Assembly (NCBI GenBank): GCA_963693365.1
Contig: CAVNZM010000016.1
Span: 6,059,029 to 6,123,028 of the forward strand
DNA from: Amoebidium appalachense
Taxonomy: Eukaryota > Protista > Ichthyosporea
Direction: 5' to 3'
Length of the DNA: 64,000 bases
Both the position numbers and the translations under genes were made by a program. The notes beneath the pieces were generated by a model. It did not search any database and was not told where the DNA came from. It was given only the letters and a program-made list of their open reading frames with translations. Within the stretch, counting starts at the first letter, position 1. Every line of letters begins with the position of its first letter. This document shows positions 12,685 through 27,630 of this stretch, piece by piece.

Positions 12685-12792
<108 letters not shown>

Positions 12793-12821
12793 GGACCAGA
12801 CAATCACCCACCCACCCACAC

Positions 12822-13095
12822 AGGGCCCAACCACACCAGCTTAATAAACCCGCTTTTAGCATAATAATTAAGCTTTTGCTTGATAATTAAGCTTTTCGTC
12901 TAATAATTAAGCGAAATAATCATTAATCTCTTGGCATAACAATTATGCTCGAGCTTAATAATTAAGCAAAAGCATAATAATAAAGCCGCTTTTCATAATA
13001 ATTAAACTTTTTGCGTAATAACTATGCTAAAAGCGAGTTTATTAAGCTCGTGTGGTTGGGCCCTCCACATGCACGCACACATTGGCAGGACACTC

Positions 13096-13141
<46 letters not shown>

Positions 13142-13442
13142 AAGGACCAGACACTCACCCACCCACCCACACAGGGCCCAACCACACCAGCTTAATAAAC
13201 CCGCTTTTAGCATAATAATTAATTTTTGCTTGATAATCAAGCTTTTCGCTTAATAATTAAGCGAAATAATTAAGCTCTTGGCGGCATAATAATTATGCTC
13301 GAGCTTAATAATTAAGCAAAAGCATAATAATAAAGCCGCTTTGCATAATAATTAAACTTTTTGCGTAATAACTATGCTAAAAGCGAGTTTATTAAGCTCG
13401 TGTGGTTGGGCCCTCCACATGCACGCACACATTGACAGGACA

Positions 13443-13522
<80 letters not shown>

Positions 13523-13777
13523 GATCAGACACTCACCCACCCACCCACACAGGGCCCAACCACACGAGCTTAATAAGCTCGCCTTTGCTTAAAAATTAAG
13601 CTTTTCGCTTAATAATTATGCCTTTGCTTAATAATCAAGCTCTTGGCATAACAATTATACTCGAGCCTAATAATTAAGCAAAAGCATAAAAATTAGGCCA
13701 CTTTTGCATAATAATTAAACTTTTTGCGTAATAATGATGCTAAAAGCGAGTTTATTAAGCTCGTGTGGTTGGGCCCT
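12822..13777. mobile_element. Three tandem MITE-like foldback units (12822-13064, 13173-13414, 13551-13777)
   Basis: Each unit begins AGGGCCCAACCACAC(C/G)AGCTTAATAA and ends TTATTAAGCTCGTGTGGTTGGGCCCT (imperfect TIRs of ~35-40 bp). AT-rich interior built of TAATAATTAAGC subrepeats; no coding capacity. Confidence 0.8.
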
Positions 13778-13807
13778 CCGCACGCACACACACACTGACA
13801 GGACACC

Positions 13808-13862
<55 letters not shown>

Positions 13863-14072
13863 GGACAGGACACTCACCCACCCACCCACACACAAACACA
13901 CAAGGACAGGTCACTCACCCACCCACCCACATGCACACACACAAGGACAGGACACTCACACACCCACACCCACGCGCACACACCCATCCACACCCACCCA
14001 ACCACACACCCACACACACACACACACACGCACACGCACACACGCACACACCACACACGCACACACACGCAC

Positions 14073-14146
<74 letters not shown>

Positions 14147-14323
14147 GTTTACTTTTATTTGACATTGACGTTTTCAGTCTGTTGATTGGTAACGAAGCAA
14201 AAGCTTCTGGAGGACTTCAAGCTAATTAGAAATGAAATATTGTCTGCTGCACATAAGGGCATAAAGTTTCCTTGTGGACAGCCTAATAATAATAATACTA
14301 GACAAGTAGGGACTCGCCACAGC

Positions 14324-14354
<31 letters not shown>

Positions 14355-14409
14355 AGCCAATATTCAGAAAAGAAATATGATCTGCTGCACAGAAGGGCTT
14401 TTCTTGTGG

Positions 14410-14860
14410 ACAGCCAGATGAGAGACCTCCAGGAGATGGTCCGTTGCTTCCTACACGCTGACAAGGAACAATCCCTCAGTCCCCCAAGCTGTGGGTTGTT
14501 GCCCTCAAGCATGCTGGCTACGTCATCAACGTCACCCCGTCAACTGCTGCCAACGGCAAGACCCCCTACGAGGCGTTCCACGGCTTCAAACCCGACGTGT
14601 CCCAGCTCCACGTGTTCGGCTCCCCTGCCTATGTTCACGTGCCCCGTTCCAAGAGGAACAAGCTTGCATCAACCGTCAGACTGGGCACCTACGTCGGGTG
14701 GGATGTGCACTCGGAAAGCACACAAGATCCTCAACCATGCCAACGACCAGGTCGGGGTCTGCCGTGACGTGATCTTTGACGAATCGAAATTCACGAGCAG
14801 CACCAATCAGGTCCCCGTTCCCCCCAAATCCGATCTGCCGACATTGGACCCCCCTCCGAC
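14410..14860 (+). mobile_element. Ty1/copia LTR-retrotransposon relic (integrase C-terminal part plus SH3-like domain), frameshifted
   Basis: A frame absent from the ORF track, starting 14489, reads LWVVALKHAGYVINVTPSTAANGKTPYEAFHGFKPDVSQLHVFGSPAYVHVPRSKRNKL...GTYVGW, then shifts into KAHKILNHANDQVGVCRDVIFDESKF. This matches the copia KTPYE...KPDVSHLRVFG..AYVH...SRDVIFDE signature. Confidence 0.9.
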
Positions 14861-15730
14861 GACGATGATGAAATTTTCTTTTGACTGGATTTATTCGACG
14901 AAAAGATATGCAAGTATGCACGGCATACTGAGAAGACAATAAAAACTTCACGAGTTATCCAGTAACAATTGCATACTGAGATACCTGAACACTGTGTGAA
15001 AATCATATAAATACTCAATGTGACGACCAACAGAATTCAACAAAAAGTCTAAAGTGTTCACGGGGTTTGCACACTTTTACTTAGCTTGATTCATCAAGCA
15101 CTAGGTGTATGCGTGTGTGTGTGTGCGTGTGTGTGTGTGTACGTATGTGTGTGTGTGTGTGTGTGTGTTGCGTGTGTGTTTGTGTGCCTGCGTGTTTGTG
15201 CGCACGCGCCTGCAACATGTACAATGTGTGTGTACGTGCCCATGTTTGCGCACGTGTACTTAAATTAACACTGATGGGGGTTTATTATGTACGGGTGCCC
15301 AGCACTGGTATTACTAATTTAAACCCTCAGATGCGCATGCAGCACGATTTCTGCATGGTCCGTTGAGCCTACCGGTATACCCCAGACTTGGTATGCAACT
15401 GTTACAATCAAATTGAGTTTGCATGCACACTGTGACATTGTGCCACAAACTGCACAGGGTCACGCCATGGCATTGCGTACAAGAGCATTTGATTCATGTC
15501 ACAGTGATTTGCACACGTACACACGACCACAAAGAAGTACCCACACTGTTGGTAGGCACAAGCAGCCAATGTGATACAATGTCAATGACATGCAGGTACA
15601 CGTTATGGCGTATACCATAATTGCACACGAAGTTTATAAAACCGCTAAATAGGAACCAACAAACTCAGACATACAACCACCACCAACTGCCCCCCCTCCG
15701 CCCCCCCCATCCCCCCCTGCCCGCGCGCAC

Positions 15731-15808
<78 letters not shown>

Positions 15809-16381
15809 TGCACAAAACCTTTCTCAAGCGGGATAAACCTGAGAGTCACCAACCACCTCCTTCCAGTTTACCACCATTCACTCTAGTACCTAAATATGTA
15901 GTATGGCTAGATGGTGGTACCGGTATACGTGGTTCCTCCATATTCCTACTTTTATATATATATTTATTGTTTTATAAAAACTACAAAAAAACAAACTTGC
16001 CCTATACTCGTGCATGCATGCATTATACCTTCGACCAGAGTACCTATGTTTACAAATAAAAACACACAATCGCAACAGTTACTTTACACAATACTTTTGA
16101 TTCATTATGGCAATTGTTCAGGTGCACATACGGATACACATCACTTTAACATTTGAGAGTTTTTAAATTTATTTCGGCCAAGCACTGCTTGGCGCGTCAC
16201 CAATTTCTAAAAAGGGGAGTCCCCAATACAGCAAATTTACAATACACAGTAAAACGTGGTTATAAAAAATGCACACGGTTATTCTGTGTTTATGGTGGTA
16301 TTTTTTGTTGTATTCATAGTTTGTGTATGTAAAGGTGTTGAGTGAGAATCATAGTCTTTTCTCTCCTAAAACGAGCACTGC

Positions 16382-16424
<43 letters not shown>

Positions 16425-17076
16425 ACACACACACACCCGCCTCCTTCTCATTTAGCCAAGCCTAACCAATAAAACATCAACCTAGTCTCGTATTCCTACC
16501 TCCACGCACTCTAAAGGCTTGGTCCCCGCAAACATAAATTCATACAATTCTACAGATTCGGTCAGCCTCAGGCATTTGGTGGTGCCCCTACCCTAAACGT
16601 CGGATACAAAAAACCCCCCCGCCCTACAAAGGTTAAAGATTTCCCGAGTAAGAAGGAAACCGGTCACACACGGTGAAGCACGGGTGGGAAAGGGTAGTTT
16701 TAAAAGACCAAAAACCAACAACTGCAACAATGCACGGTTTTCCTTGCACATATATTCTTTGCTCCATATGCTAGTACATATTACACTAGATGGCGGGGAA
16801 GAAAAACCAAAAACAAAAAAACAAACAAACCTTACTACTACCACCGAAACGATGCAGCAACGCTTCCTTTCCATCGCTTTCCAAAGACGCCTCCCAACCA
16901 TTTAGTGTGACAACCACCCACCCACTATAAGTCATAACCCTAACACGTTTTTTTCATCGCAAGCATCATCCCAGAAGAAAAACGTTTCTTTTCCTTTTGG
17001 GGCACACATACATACACGTCGGGCCCACCTGCTGCTAAGAATAGCGCATGTTGGGCCTGGGATATCTATTTATGGT

Positions 17077-17994
17077 TCAGTCCCACACGGGGGTGCCCAC
17101 GATGACAACGTCCCGGCCGAGTTGGTGGGTGCGGATGTTTTCCAGCCGGGGAAGTTTGTGGCCCTGGCCCTGAAAAGGTAAGAATACAGTGAGCATATAT
17201 TGAATGTATTATTACTTAATGAGATGGATAATGCGAATAGGAATGATATTATTATATTCTTATTACTCCTACAACTGCTTACATATTTACACACACCCTC
17301 CACACACGCCCACACACACACACACACACACGTACGCACACATAACCACCACATTATCCCACATAAAGAAGATCACGCTTCACGCACACAGGAAACCATC
17401 CATCATACACACAACAAAAACTTCAACCGATTAAAACCAAAAACACCCAAACAGCCCCCCTACTTCTCTCAGTAAAAACCAATACACATCAGGGGGCTTC
17501 TTTTTAAAAAAACCACCACCACATCTCTCAGTGAATAATAAACCATACACATGGAGAAATAAACCAAAAAACCACCACCCACCTCAAGGGGTCTAAGGCC
17601 GGCGGCGAAAGTTGGAGCAATCGTGACGATGCAAACATCGACCAATTGGGAGGCCAAAAATGATTGGATGACCGTGGCACCCCCCTCCACCATCAATGAC
17701 GTCACACCTTCGTGGCCAAGAAGGGACAGAACAGAGCCGATCGAGAGTTGCCCTGATTAGGAAATGGAATGTTAGTTTAGGGCTGCGGGGAATGGATGGC
17801 TGGTCTCTTATATTATATGGGTGGGCAAGGGTTTGAAGCGGTGGGGGCGCTGGAACGTGAATTTCGGTCGGGGTAGGGCGGGGTGAGGGGAGAGAAGGAG
17901 GCGGGAAGGAGGGACGGGGGGAGGGGGGGTCTTGTGTTTTTTCGTTTTTTCCAGTGTCTTTCATGACAGGCAGATGGAAACATTGGATGATGTG

Positions 17995-18089
<95 letters not shown>

Positions 18090-18246
18090 AGGTGGGTGGT
18101 GGAGGGGGGTGAAAGGGGGGGGGGGGGGGGGGGGGGGGGGGAACCAAATGAGGGGGGCTAGAAGGTTAAGAATGTGTTACACACCGAAAGACAGAAAAAA
18201 GATATCTAAATCAGGTCACAGAGCATCCGGCAGGCGTGTGTGCATG

Positions 18247-18279
<33 letters not shown>

Positions 18280-18617
18280 GGGGGGGGGGGAGAAGGGAAA
18301 GGGGCTTACAGGCACTTACCAGACTTATCCTCTGCCGCCCTTAATACCCGGGCACCCAGAGACTCCAGCTCCTATGAGAAAAACACATCGTCAATATAAC
18401 TGCTGACTGCAAGTCTAAGTGCGAGAGGCAAACACAGACTGTACATATGCACAGACACAAAGGGGCACACTAACCTTATCTGAACAGTTCCTTCACCCCG
18501 AAACACACACACGTGTGCATGCGCACACACGCCCGAACAAGATATTCTTAATATATTATCATGCTAGCGTAACGCACGTGCAATTACACACACACATGAC
18601 ACGTACACGTGTACAAG

Positions 18618-18652
<35 letters not shown>

Positions 18653-19178
18653 CACACACGATTACATGCACACGTACATACCCATCCACTCACCCACCCA
18701 TATCCACCACCCATCCCCCCCTCCCCCCCCCCACCCACCCCGCACCTTAGCCTTTTCCTCGCTAGCACTGTGTGCACACACAATCCACGGCTTGAGCTCA
18801 TTGGTGAGCAGCTGGCTCGTGAGAGGAATTCTCAGGTGGGTGTCCAGAACCACCGGCCGGGGGTTGGTGCCCGGTACTAGCCGCACTGTGCCAACCAATA
18901 GAAAGTCAGCATTAAAACAACACTGCATGTATTTGGATACAGAATGAAACGGGGATGAATGACACGTAGGGGTAGCACTATGGCAGTCAATCGATATTGA
19001 GCATATTGAGGAACTACAAGTGCCCATTATCAGGATACTGGCCCATAATGGGTACCCAGTACTAGCTGCTGTAAATGCGAAAAGTGAGCATTTGGGACAG
19101 AGACTACCAATGCACACCACATCGAAACGCCTTCACCAACTCATTAGAGATTGGCGCATCATTGAACCGTTTACACTG

Positions 19179-19237
<59 letters not shown>

Positions 19238-19385
19238 GTGTGGGCATGTGTGTGTGTACAGGAGAGGGGGAGGGAGAAAGAGGGGGGGGAGAGAAAGAGA
19301 GAGAGAGAGGGAGGGAGAGGGAGGGAGAAAGGGGGAGAGAGAGAGCGCGAGAGAGGGGAGAGAGGGGGGGGGGGGGGGGGGGGGG

Positions 19386-19466
<81 letters not shown>

Positions 19467-19500
19467 GTGTGCTTGCAGCAACCTTTTTCTTCTTCTTCTT

Positions 19501-19535
<35 letters not shown>

Positions 19536-19544
19536 GGTGGGGGG

Positions 19545-19583
<39 letters not shown>

Positions 19584-20804
19584 TAAGTGAGATAATGAGA
19601 GGGCAAGAGAACAAAGGAGAGACAGGCAGGGAGATTTTTTATTTTTTATTTTTTATCTTTTTTTATTTTCTTTTTTTTTTTTGGGGGGGGGGGGGGGGGT
19701 ACCAGTCAGTCTCGGGTTGTCTGCTATGACGGTGCCAACCCCCACGAGAATGGCTGCATGGTCTGCCCGTAGCCTGAAAGACACAGTCAGCAATGCTAAA
19801 CCAACAGTGGATATACACGCCCACACACACGCCCACACACACACACACACTCTCTCTCTCTCTTCTCTCTACCTCTCTCTATCCATCCTTCTCTCCCCGC
19901 CCCCCCCTTCTCCCTCCCACGTACGTGCCTGGCTATCATAACGATTACCCCCATCCCCACGTCCCACCCTCTCAACCATACAGACCACACACCCAGCTAC
20001 AAGCTGTCACATACCCCAAGCGCACTACACCCACTGCTTGTTGTGCACACATTCAAAAAAGAACTGCATGCGTACAGCGTACAGCCACATAGCACTGCAT
20101 GCGCACAGTACCCACACTTACTTATGAGTCATCTGCATAGACTGTGGTCCGCTTATCGCCATTGGTCGCCTCTCCACCGTTGCTATGCTCCCGTCCAACG
20201 ATTGGGCGTAGGTCAGTGTAACAAAGGGCCGGCCACGCGCCGACCCAACCACCCCGGAGACAGCGTCCAAATAGGAGGAGGAGAAGGGGCCGGCGGGTTG
20301 TGTTGGTGCCTGGTAAATGTTGTTTGTGATGTTTGTCATGTAGTTGTTGGTCACGTACACCTGCGGCACCTGGGGGTGTGTGTGTGTGTGTGTGTAAAGG
20401 TGGGTGCATAGGCTTATGTTGTAGAAAAAGATTATTCGGCTGCATACTGCTTTGTACTGCAAATTGCATACACATACAGAATCTAACCGATCACAGGGCT
20501 ACGATTTAACTCCCCCTTCCCACCCCTCCTCTCCCCAAGCAAAAAGGAGGAAAAAGAAAAAGGAAGAATGTGAACAAAAAAGCCCCCTCCCCCCAGAATG
20601 TGTGTGTTATATATATATATATATATATATATATCCGAATATATATATATATATAAACATAAGCAAAAACACACACTCACATACGACATGCCGATAACAT
20701 GCACAACATACCCAACCAACCACGGAAACACTCACAACACAAACACTCCCTCTCCCAACCCATCATTCTCCCCCCCCCCCCCCCCCCCCCCCCCTCCCCC
20801 CACC

Positions 20805-20870
<66 letters not shown>

Positions 20871-21937
20871 TACACACACACCTTGACCTCACTAGCCGAC
20901 TTCCCCGTCCTCTTCCCAACTCCCGCACACTCCCCATCCTTCTTTTCACCGTTTGCACTCCCACCATCCGTTGTCGGTCTGGGGAGAGGGTTGGGCGGTC
21001 TTCCCAGTGTCGGGCTGACGGGTGTGGATGTGGGACGGGAGGGGACGGTGTTGATTGTGAGACTCTCGAGGGAGAGTGCATGTTGCATGCGTTGGACCTT
21101 AGTGGTTAGGTAGCGCATAGTGTCGGCTGAAATCTGTGAAGGAGGGGGGGGGAGGGGGGGAGGGGGGGGGGGGGTTTGAATGCGGAACACGGTACGAAGT
21201 ACGCATACACGATGAGAAGCATGGTGCAGGACACATGCAAAGGCAAACATTCAAGTATGCAACATCAGCCATGCGCACAGTATGCATGGGGGGGGGGGGG
21301 GGGGGGGGGGGGGGAGGGGGGGGGGGATCAGTAGGGGTTTAAAGGGGGTTTCTTTTAGCATTTCAGGCCGGGTCGGGTCAGAGCGGATTCTAGCTATATG
21401 ATTGGCGTGCTGCGCATCAGCTGCGCACCATCGCTTTGCCGGCAGCAAGGTACAGATGCCCCATAATACAACAAAAAAGAAAAAGAAAATGGAACAAAAA
21501 GAAATACAGAAGGGAATAATAAAAATAAAGCGTTAGAAAGAAGATTGCAGTTCATATCATGATTTATATGCTGAACATATGGCTCGACCCGGAAGTGCTG
21601 GAATGGTGACAATTAATCGGCCTAAAAGAAACCCCCTTTAAATGAGAATGTGGAACGAATCATGCACGTTTCCGCCTACATATTTCTTCATATGTACATG
21701 CTTTAGTCAACACCCCCCCCCCCCCCCTTCCCTCCCCACATAAACATTTACGCACACACATCCACCCTACAGCATCACCCCCCTCCCCCATCCCCGTTCC
21801 CCCGCCTCCCCCCTCCCTCCCGGCGCCCCCCAACACAGACATGTGGATACAGATATACATCCAGACAGCCATCCCTTCCCGTCCCCCCCCAAAAATACAC
21901 ACACAGGTATACACCCACGCAACCACGCCTCCCCCCC

Positions 21938-21968
<31 letters not shown>

Positions 21969-22290
21969 AAAAAAAAAAAAAAAAAACCAAAAAAACAAAA
22001 AAAAACAAAAAAAAACACAGAAGTACACCCACACACGCAGCACATACCTGTGTTGGGTTCATGCCTACCCGACCGTGCACGTTCAGTCCATAGTGTGTGA
22101 GGGCATCTGCATGCACACCCCTTGTCAGCTATCCATCGTGTAACTCCAAGTGTTGACGTCTCAAAAACAAAAAAAAAACGATATAAGATGATGTGTTAGT
22201 TACCGTGTGTAGAACGGAACGAGACACAACGGGATGCGATGTAGGTCGATTGTGGTCAGATTGGATACGGGACTCCGAGCGGGAGGTTCC

Positions 22291-22349
<59 letters not shown>

Positions 22350-22601
22350 ACGTGCGCGCCTGCCGACCTTTTTGAAAATCACTCCGCCTGTGTGTGCATG
22401 TGGATGCAAGATCATGACTTTGTGCATGTTTGTGTCTGCATGCATGTCACACACACATGAATATTCAATGTGTATCCCGTTACGTGCATCTGCATGCATG
22501 TGTGCAGACTTGTGCGCATGAGCTAAGTCTCCTGCATGTGCAAGTCTTCACTCGTGTGTAGTTTATTGTACGGGGCGGGGGGAAGGCGCCGGGGGGGGGA
22601 A

Positions 22602-22671
<70 letters not shown>

Positions 22672-23043
22672 GAACGAGGCACTACACCACTCGATGTTCA
22701 CATCCATCGACAAAAAAAAACCCCCACAGGTACACACACCCACCAACCCACACACCCACACACACCCAAAATCACCCGCACCCACCCACCCACACCCGCA
22801 CGCACGCACACACACACACACACGCGCGTGCACACACACACCTGTCTTCAAAGGGTTGTTTGTCAGTAGCAGGAATCTGGACAGACCAAGGTCCTCCAAA
22901 ATCAGTGCTGCCACTTCATAGTTGCGCTCATCCGCCTGAGTGGTGCAGTGTGTAAGTCTTGTGCTTGACGTGTCTCTTGTTTACAGCTGATGTTTTCTTT
23001 GCTTGAGTGATTTACTTATGTGTACGTGTATGTGCGTGCGCGG

Positions 23044-23113
<70 letters not shown>

Positions 23114-23364
23114 CTGTGTGTGTGGGTGTGAGTGTGTGAGTGTGTGTGTGTGTGTGTGAATGTAGGCTGGGGTTGAAGACTGGGTATATAGAATAAAAAA
23201 CACAGGTGGTAACGAATAATGAAGTGCAGGTATGCACGACGAGAACGCACAAGAGTATGGAACAAAAAGCAAGCGCATGTTTGTGTCTTTTTGTGTGTGT
23301 ATGGGGAGGGCGGTGGGAGGGGGAGGAGGGGTAGGGGACGACGAACGAGAAAATGTGCGAGTGT

Positions 23365-23430
<66 letters not shown>

Positions 23431-23585
23431 GCCGGCGGAGATAGAGACAAACAGAGAGGGAGGGAGGCGAGGCAGGGAAGGGACAACAGGGGGGAGGGGG
23501 GGGGGGGGGAGGGGGTCTTGACTGGTCCCCTCCGTAATACATACCAACAAGCTTGTTTCTGGTGTGGGCATTTTGTGTGTGTGTG

Positions 23586-23622
<37 letters not shown>

Positions 23623-24301
23623 GGGGAGGGGTCTCACTTGGTGTCCAAGCATTAAGTTAGCTTCTACCGTATCATAGCCTTTATCTTGAAGATTGTAAGC
23701 CCTGCGGAGAAAAATTATGGGTTGAGCATCCGGAACGCAAAAGGTGAGAGGAGCATGTGGGAACATGGGCAAAGGCAGAGAAAAGGCAGGGTTGGCCAGC
23801 AGAAGTGGTGGTGGGTACGCTTGCATGTAAGTGGACACTGTGGGCCTGGGTGACTTGTGTGTGTGTTTCCCCGGCATATGCATGCATGCATGCATGCATG
23901 CATGTGTGTGTGTGCGCGCGCGCGCATATATATGAATTTTGTGCTTATATGCCTGTGTGTGTGCAAGCGTATGTGTATATCGCGTGTCAGGTCGTTTATG
24001 CATCCGTGTGTGTAGTGCGCACGCGAGTGGGCGCCGAAGTGTTTTGGTCCGTGTGTGTATCTGCGCGTCTCTCTCTCTGTGCGTGTGCGTGTTTCGCTGG
24101 ACGTTCGTGGGTGTGTGCTTGTGTGTGCTTACTTATGTGAGAGTCTGTGGGCATGTGTGTGCATACATGAAACTAATGTAGTATGTGTGTATGCAAACGT
24201 GTACACACGCATACGGCCTTGTGTGCTTGTGCATGTGTGAGTGTGAGTGTGAGTGTCTGCATGCCCATGAGTGCGTGCATACATTTACACGTGTGTGTAT
24301 A

Positions 24302-24349
<48 letters not shown>

Positions 24350-25019
24350 AGTGTATACATGTTGGCGTGTATGTGCATGCTCTGATGGCTGTGTGCTATT
24401 GATGCTGTTCGCTGCGACACAACCTTGCACCCCCCCCCCCCCCCCCCCCCCCCCCACACACACACACAAACCCACACACACAAACCCGCACACCCACTCC
24501 CTCTCTCTCTCTCATTATCTCTTAAGGGCCCCAAAACACACCAAAAGGTCCTCCAACATGCACGAAATAAACAAAACACATACTCGAATGCAGATACCGG
24601 GGGCTCCTTACTTTAGTTTGTCCTTTAGGCCGATACCACGGCCCTCTTGCCTAAGAAAAACGATTACTCCGGCCTCTGTGGAAGACACCAACTGTTAACA
24701 ACCGTCTTAAAATCCAAAAAGACACAAACACATAGGTAAAACTAGAAATAAATCAAGAAGTTGTGCTCCTCAACCACACAGCAAAACCTGTGGGGGTGAA
24801 AACAATGTGTTGGGCAGTATATGGGGACTTGGGAAAGGTGCAAAATATTCCTACTGTTTCATTGTTTTATTAAAAGCTGAATGCCGTGGGAATCTGTGCA
24901 GGTATGAATATCGGTATGATATGTACAACATAGGGGTTGGTTGTAAGTGAATGGTTCACTGATGATAGCAAAAAAAGCGTGGAGCTGAGGGAAAGTCGGG
25001 AGGAGCAAACCGGCAGGAA

Positions 25020-25087
<68 letters not shown>

Positions 25088-25177
25088 CGCGCGCATGCGC
25101 GCACCCATGCGTGCCTGTGTGTACGTGTAAGTGTGTGTGTGTGTGTGTGTGTGTGCGTCTGTGTGCATGCGTGAGGG

Positions 25178-25227
<50 letters not shown>

Positions 25228-25265
25228 GTGTGTGTGAGTGAGTGAGTGAGTGAGTGAGTGAGTGA

Positions 25266-25296
<31 letters not shown>

Positions 25297-25587
25297 TCTA
25301 TGTGTGCGTGCCTGTGTGTATGCTTAAGTGTGTGTGTGTGTGTGCGCACGTGTGAAGTGTGTGTGTGCATGTGTGAACCCCTGTGTGTTGCGTGTGCGCG
25401 CACGCGTGTGCATGCGTGGGTGGGTGTATGAATATGCACATGTGTGTGCTCACTTTCCCGTGTAAACGGGAGACTGTGTGTACATGCATGCCTGTGTGCC
25501 CTTTGTGTGTGTGCAAAAGCACACACATTCACATGCACGGTGCATGCATATGCGTATGCGTGCACGCGTGTGTGTGGAAAGGCAGGG

Positions 25588-25622
<35 letters not shown>

Positions 25623-25837
25623 AACACCTCTCTCAGCCACCATGTACATTGCAGTGCGTAGCTGCTCGCCGCAGTCACAGCGCAGACTGCCCATAACCTC
25701 CCCAGTGAAGCACTCGCAGTGCACACGAACCATCAGGTCACCGTGCTCCTTGAGCCGGTCGATCGGCCCCACCACTATCGCTAGGTGCTCTTTTTCATCC
25801 TGTGTGTGGGGAGGGGTGGGTGAATCCAGTGTGTTTA

Positions 25838-25915
<78 letters not shown>

Positions 25916-25953
25916 TGGGTGGGGGGAGGTGTGTGTGTGTGTGTGTGTGTTAG

Positions 25954-26025
<72 letters not shown>

Positions 26026-26278
26026 TTGCCCAGGGAGAAGGGCGGAGGGGTGGGTGTGGGTGTGTGTGTGGGAGGGGGGAGGTGTGTGTGTAAAGGTGGG
26101 GCGGGGGGGAGGGGAGGGGGTTGCGCAGAAAGGGGAGGGGGGTGGGGGGGGGGTGGGGGGGGGGGGGGGTGGGGGAGAAACTTTGAGTGAGTGATTAAGC
26201 CGGGAATGTCTTGGTGAGAGAGGAAGAGTGAGAGAGGGAGAGAGAGAGAGAGAGAGCAAGAGCGAGAGCGGGAGAGAG

Positions 26279-26312
<34 letters not shown>

Positions 26313-26450
26313 TGAGTGTGTGTGTGTGTTCGTGGGCGTGTGTGTGCATGCGTGGTGGAGGTAGTCTGTGTGTGTGGCCGGGAAGAGGGTGTGTGTGTGT
26401 GTGTGAGTGTGTGTTTGAGAGTGTGTGTGGGTGTGGGTGGGTGGGTGGGT

Positions 26451-26488
<38 letters not shown>

Positions 26489-26764
26489 GGGGCAGGAGGT
26501 GGGGGGAGTTGAGTATTCTGAGGTGAAAGTCGATTGCTTATAACTTTAGGCTGCCCCGTCTTGGTGCACATTGTGTCAAAAGACACCATACGAAGCCTGC
26601 CAGATTCCAGACACGTTGAATAGAGAGATTCGAAAAAATTGCTACCCAGAAACTTCATACCTTCTACTAATATAGGGGGGAGGGGGGGGGGGAGGGGGGG
26701 GGGGGGGGGAGGAGGGGAGGGGAGGGGAGGGCAGGAGAGGAGAGGGGAGGGAGGGGGGGGGAGG

Positions 26765-26827
<63 letters not shown>

Positions 26828-27242
26828 GGGGGGGGGGGGGGGAGGGAGGGAGGGAGGGAGAGAGAGGGAGAGAGGGAGAGAGGGAGAGAGGGGGCAGGAG
26901 AAGCTTAACAACCTTTGCCAAAAAAATGCTATCTCATTCCCACCCTGAGAATTGTGTGCAATTTCATCACACTCACCCGATTATTCGAATACAAAACCAG
27001 CGAAAATACGCCGTCTGTTGTGGGAATGCGTGCAACCACCTCCCTCGTTACAGTCATCCCCGTTCGATTCAGTTTGGGGTGGGCCAAATCGGCCACATTG
27101 CCAGCGTGTGAGTCCATGGTGAGATTGGGTCGCTTCGTGCGCCCCTCGACCTGTTATTTTTGGTGGCGGTGCAAAGTCAGCCAGTGTTGAAATGATGGTT
27201 GAGAGTAGAGATGGGGAATGCGAAAAGTGGGAATGAACGTGG

Positions 27243-27289
<47 letters not shown>

Positions 27290-27630
27290 GTGTGTTTGTG
27301 TGTACATGCATGCCGGTGCGTGTGTGCATGTGTGTGTGTGCGCGCGCACACACAGAGTGTTTGTGCGTGCGTGCATGCCAGAGGCGTGTGCATGTGTGTG
27401 TGTGTGTGCTCGCGCATGGATGCATGCCTTGTGTGTTTTTTTTTGGGGGGGGGGAGGGGGGAGGGGGGAGGGGGGGGAGGGCAGGGAAAGGGGGGAGGTA
27501 GGCAAAAGTGTGGGGGAAATTGGACTACCTCAGCTACCACGTGGGAGTCCACGGCTGCTGAGCGCTTTGTTCGTTGCTGGGTGGGGCCAGACACGGTCAT
27601 GGGTTCAGCGTGCTCCACACCAGTGCCCAT
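17077..27630 (-). CDS. Bifunctional riboflavin biosynthesis protein: GTP cyclohydrolase II fused to RibD-C/RIB7-type pyrimidine reductase (~584 aa, 14 exons)
   Basis: Phase-consistent GT-AG exons: 27630-27529, 27150-26977, 25799-25628, 24675-24612, 23701-23638, 22935-22842, 22106-22048, 21133-20882, 20369-20122, 19773-19703, 18885-18746, 18371-18320, 17752-17583, 17169-17077 (TGA). RibA motifs: [73 protein letters not shown]. Reductase motifs: [67 protein letters not shown]. The start codon is uncertain. Confidence 0.92.
21176..21285. repeat. Dispersed ~110 bp element, copy 4 (intronic in the riboflavin gene)
   Basis: Aligns to 163-275; poly-G on both sides; ~40 nt from the 3' splice site at 21134. 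Confidence 0.9.

Noticed and set aside
14406-14942. 178 aa ORF as an intact gene
   Set aside because: Only its ends are in the copia frame; the conserved middle is in another frame, so it is a frameshifted relic. No LTRs, gag or RT seen.
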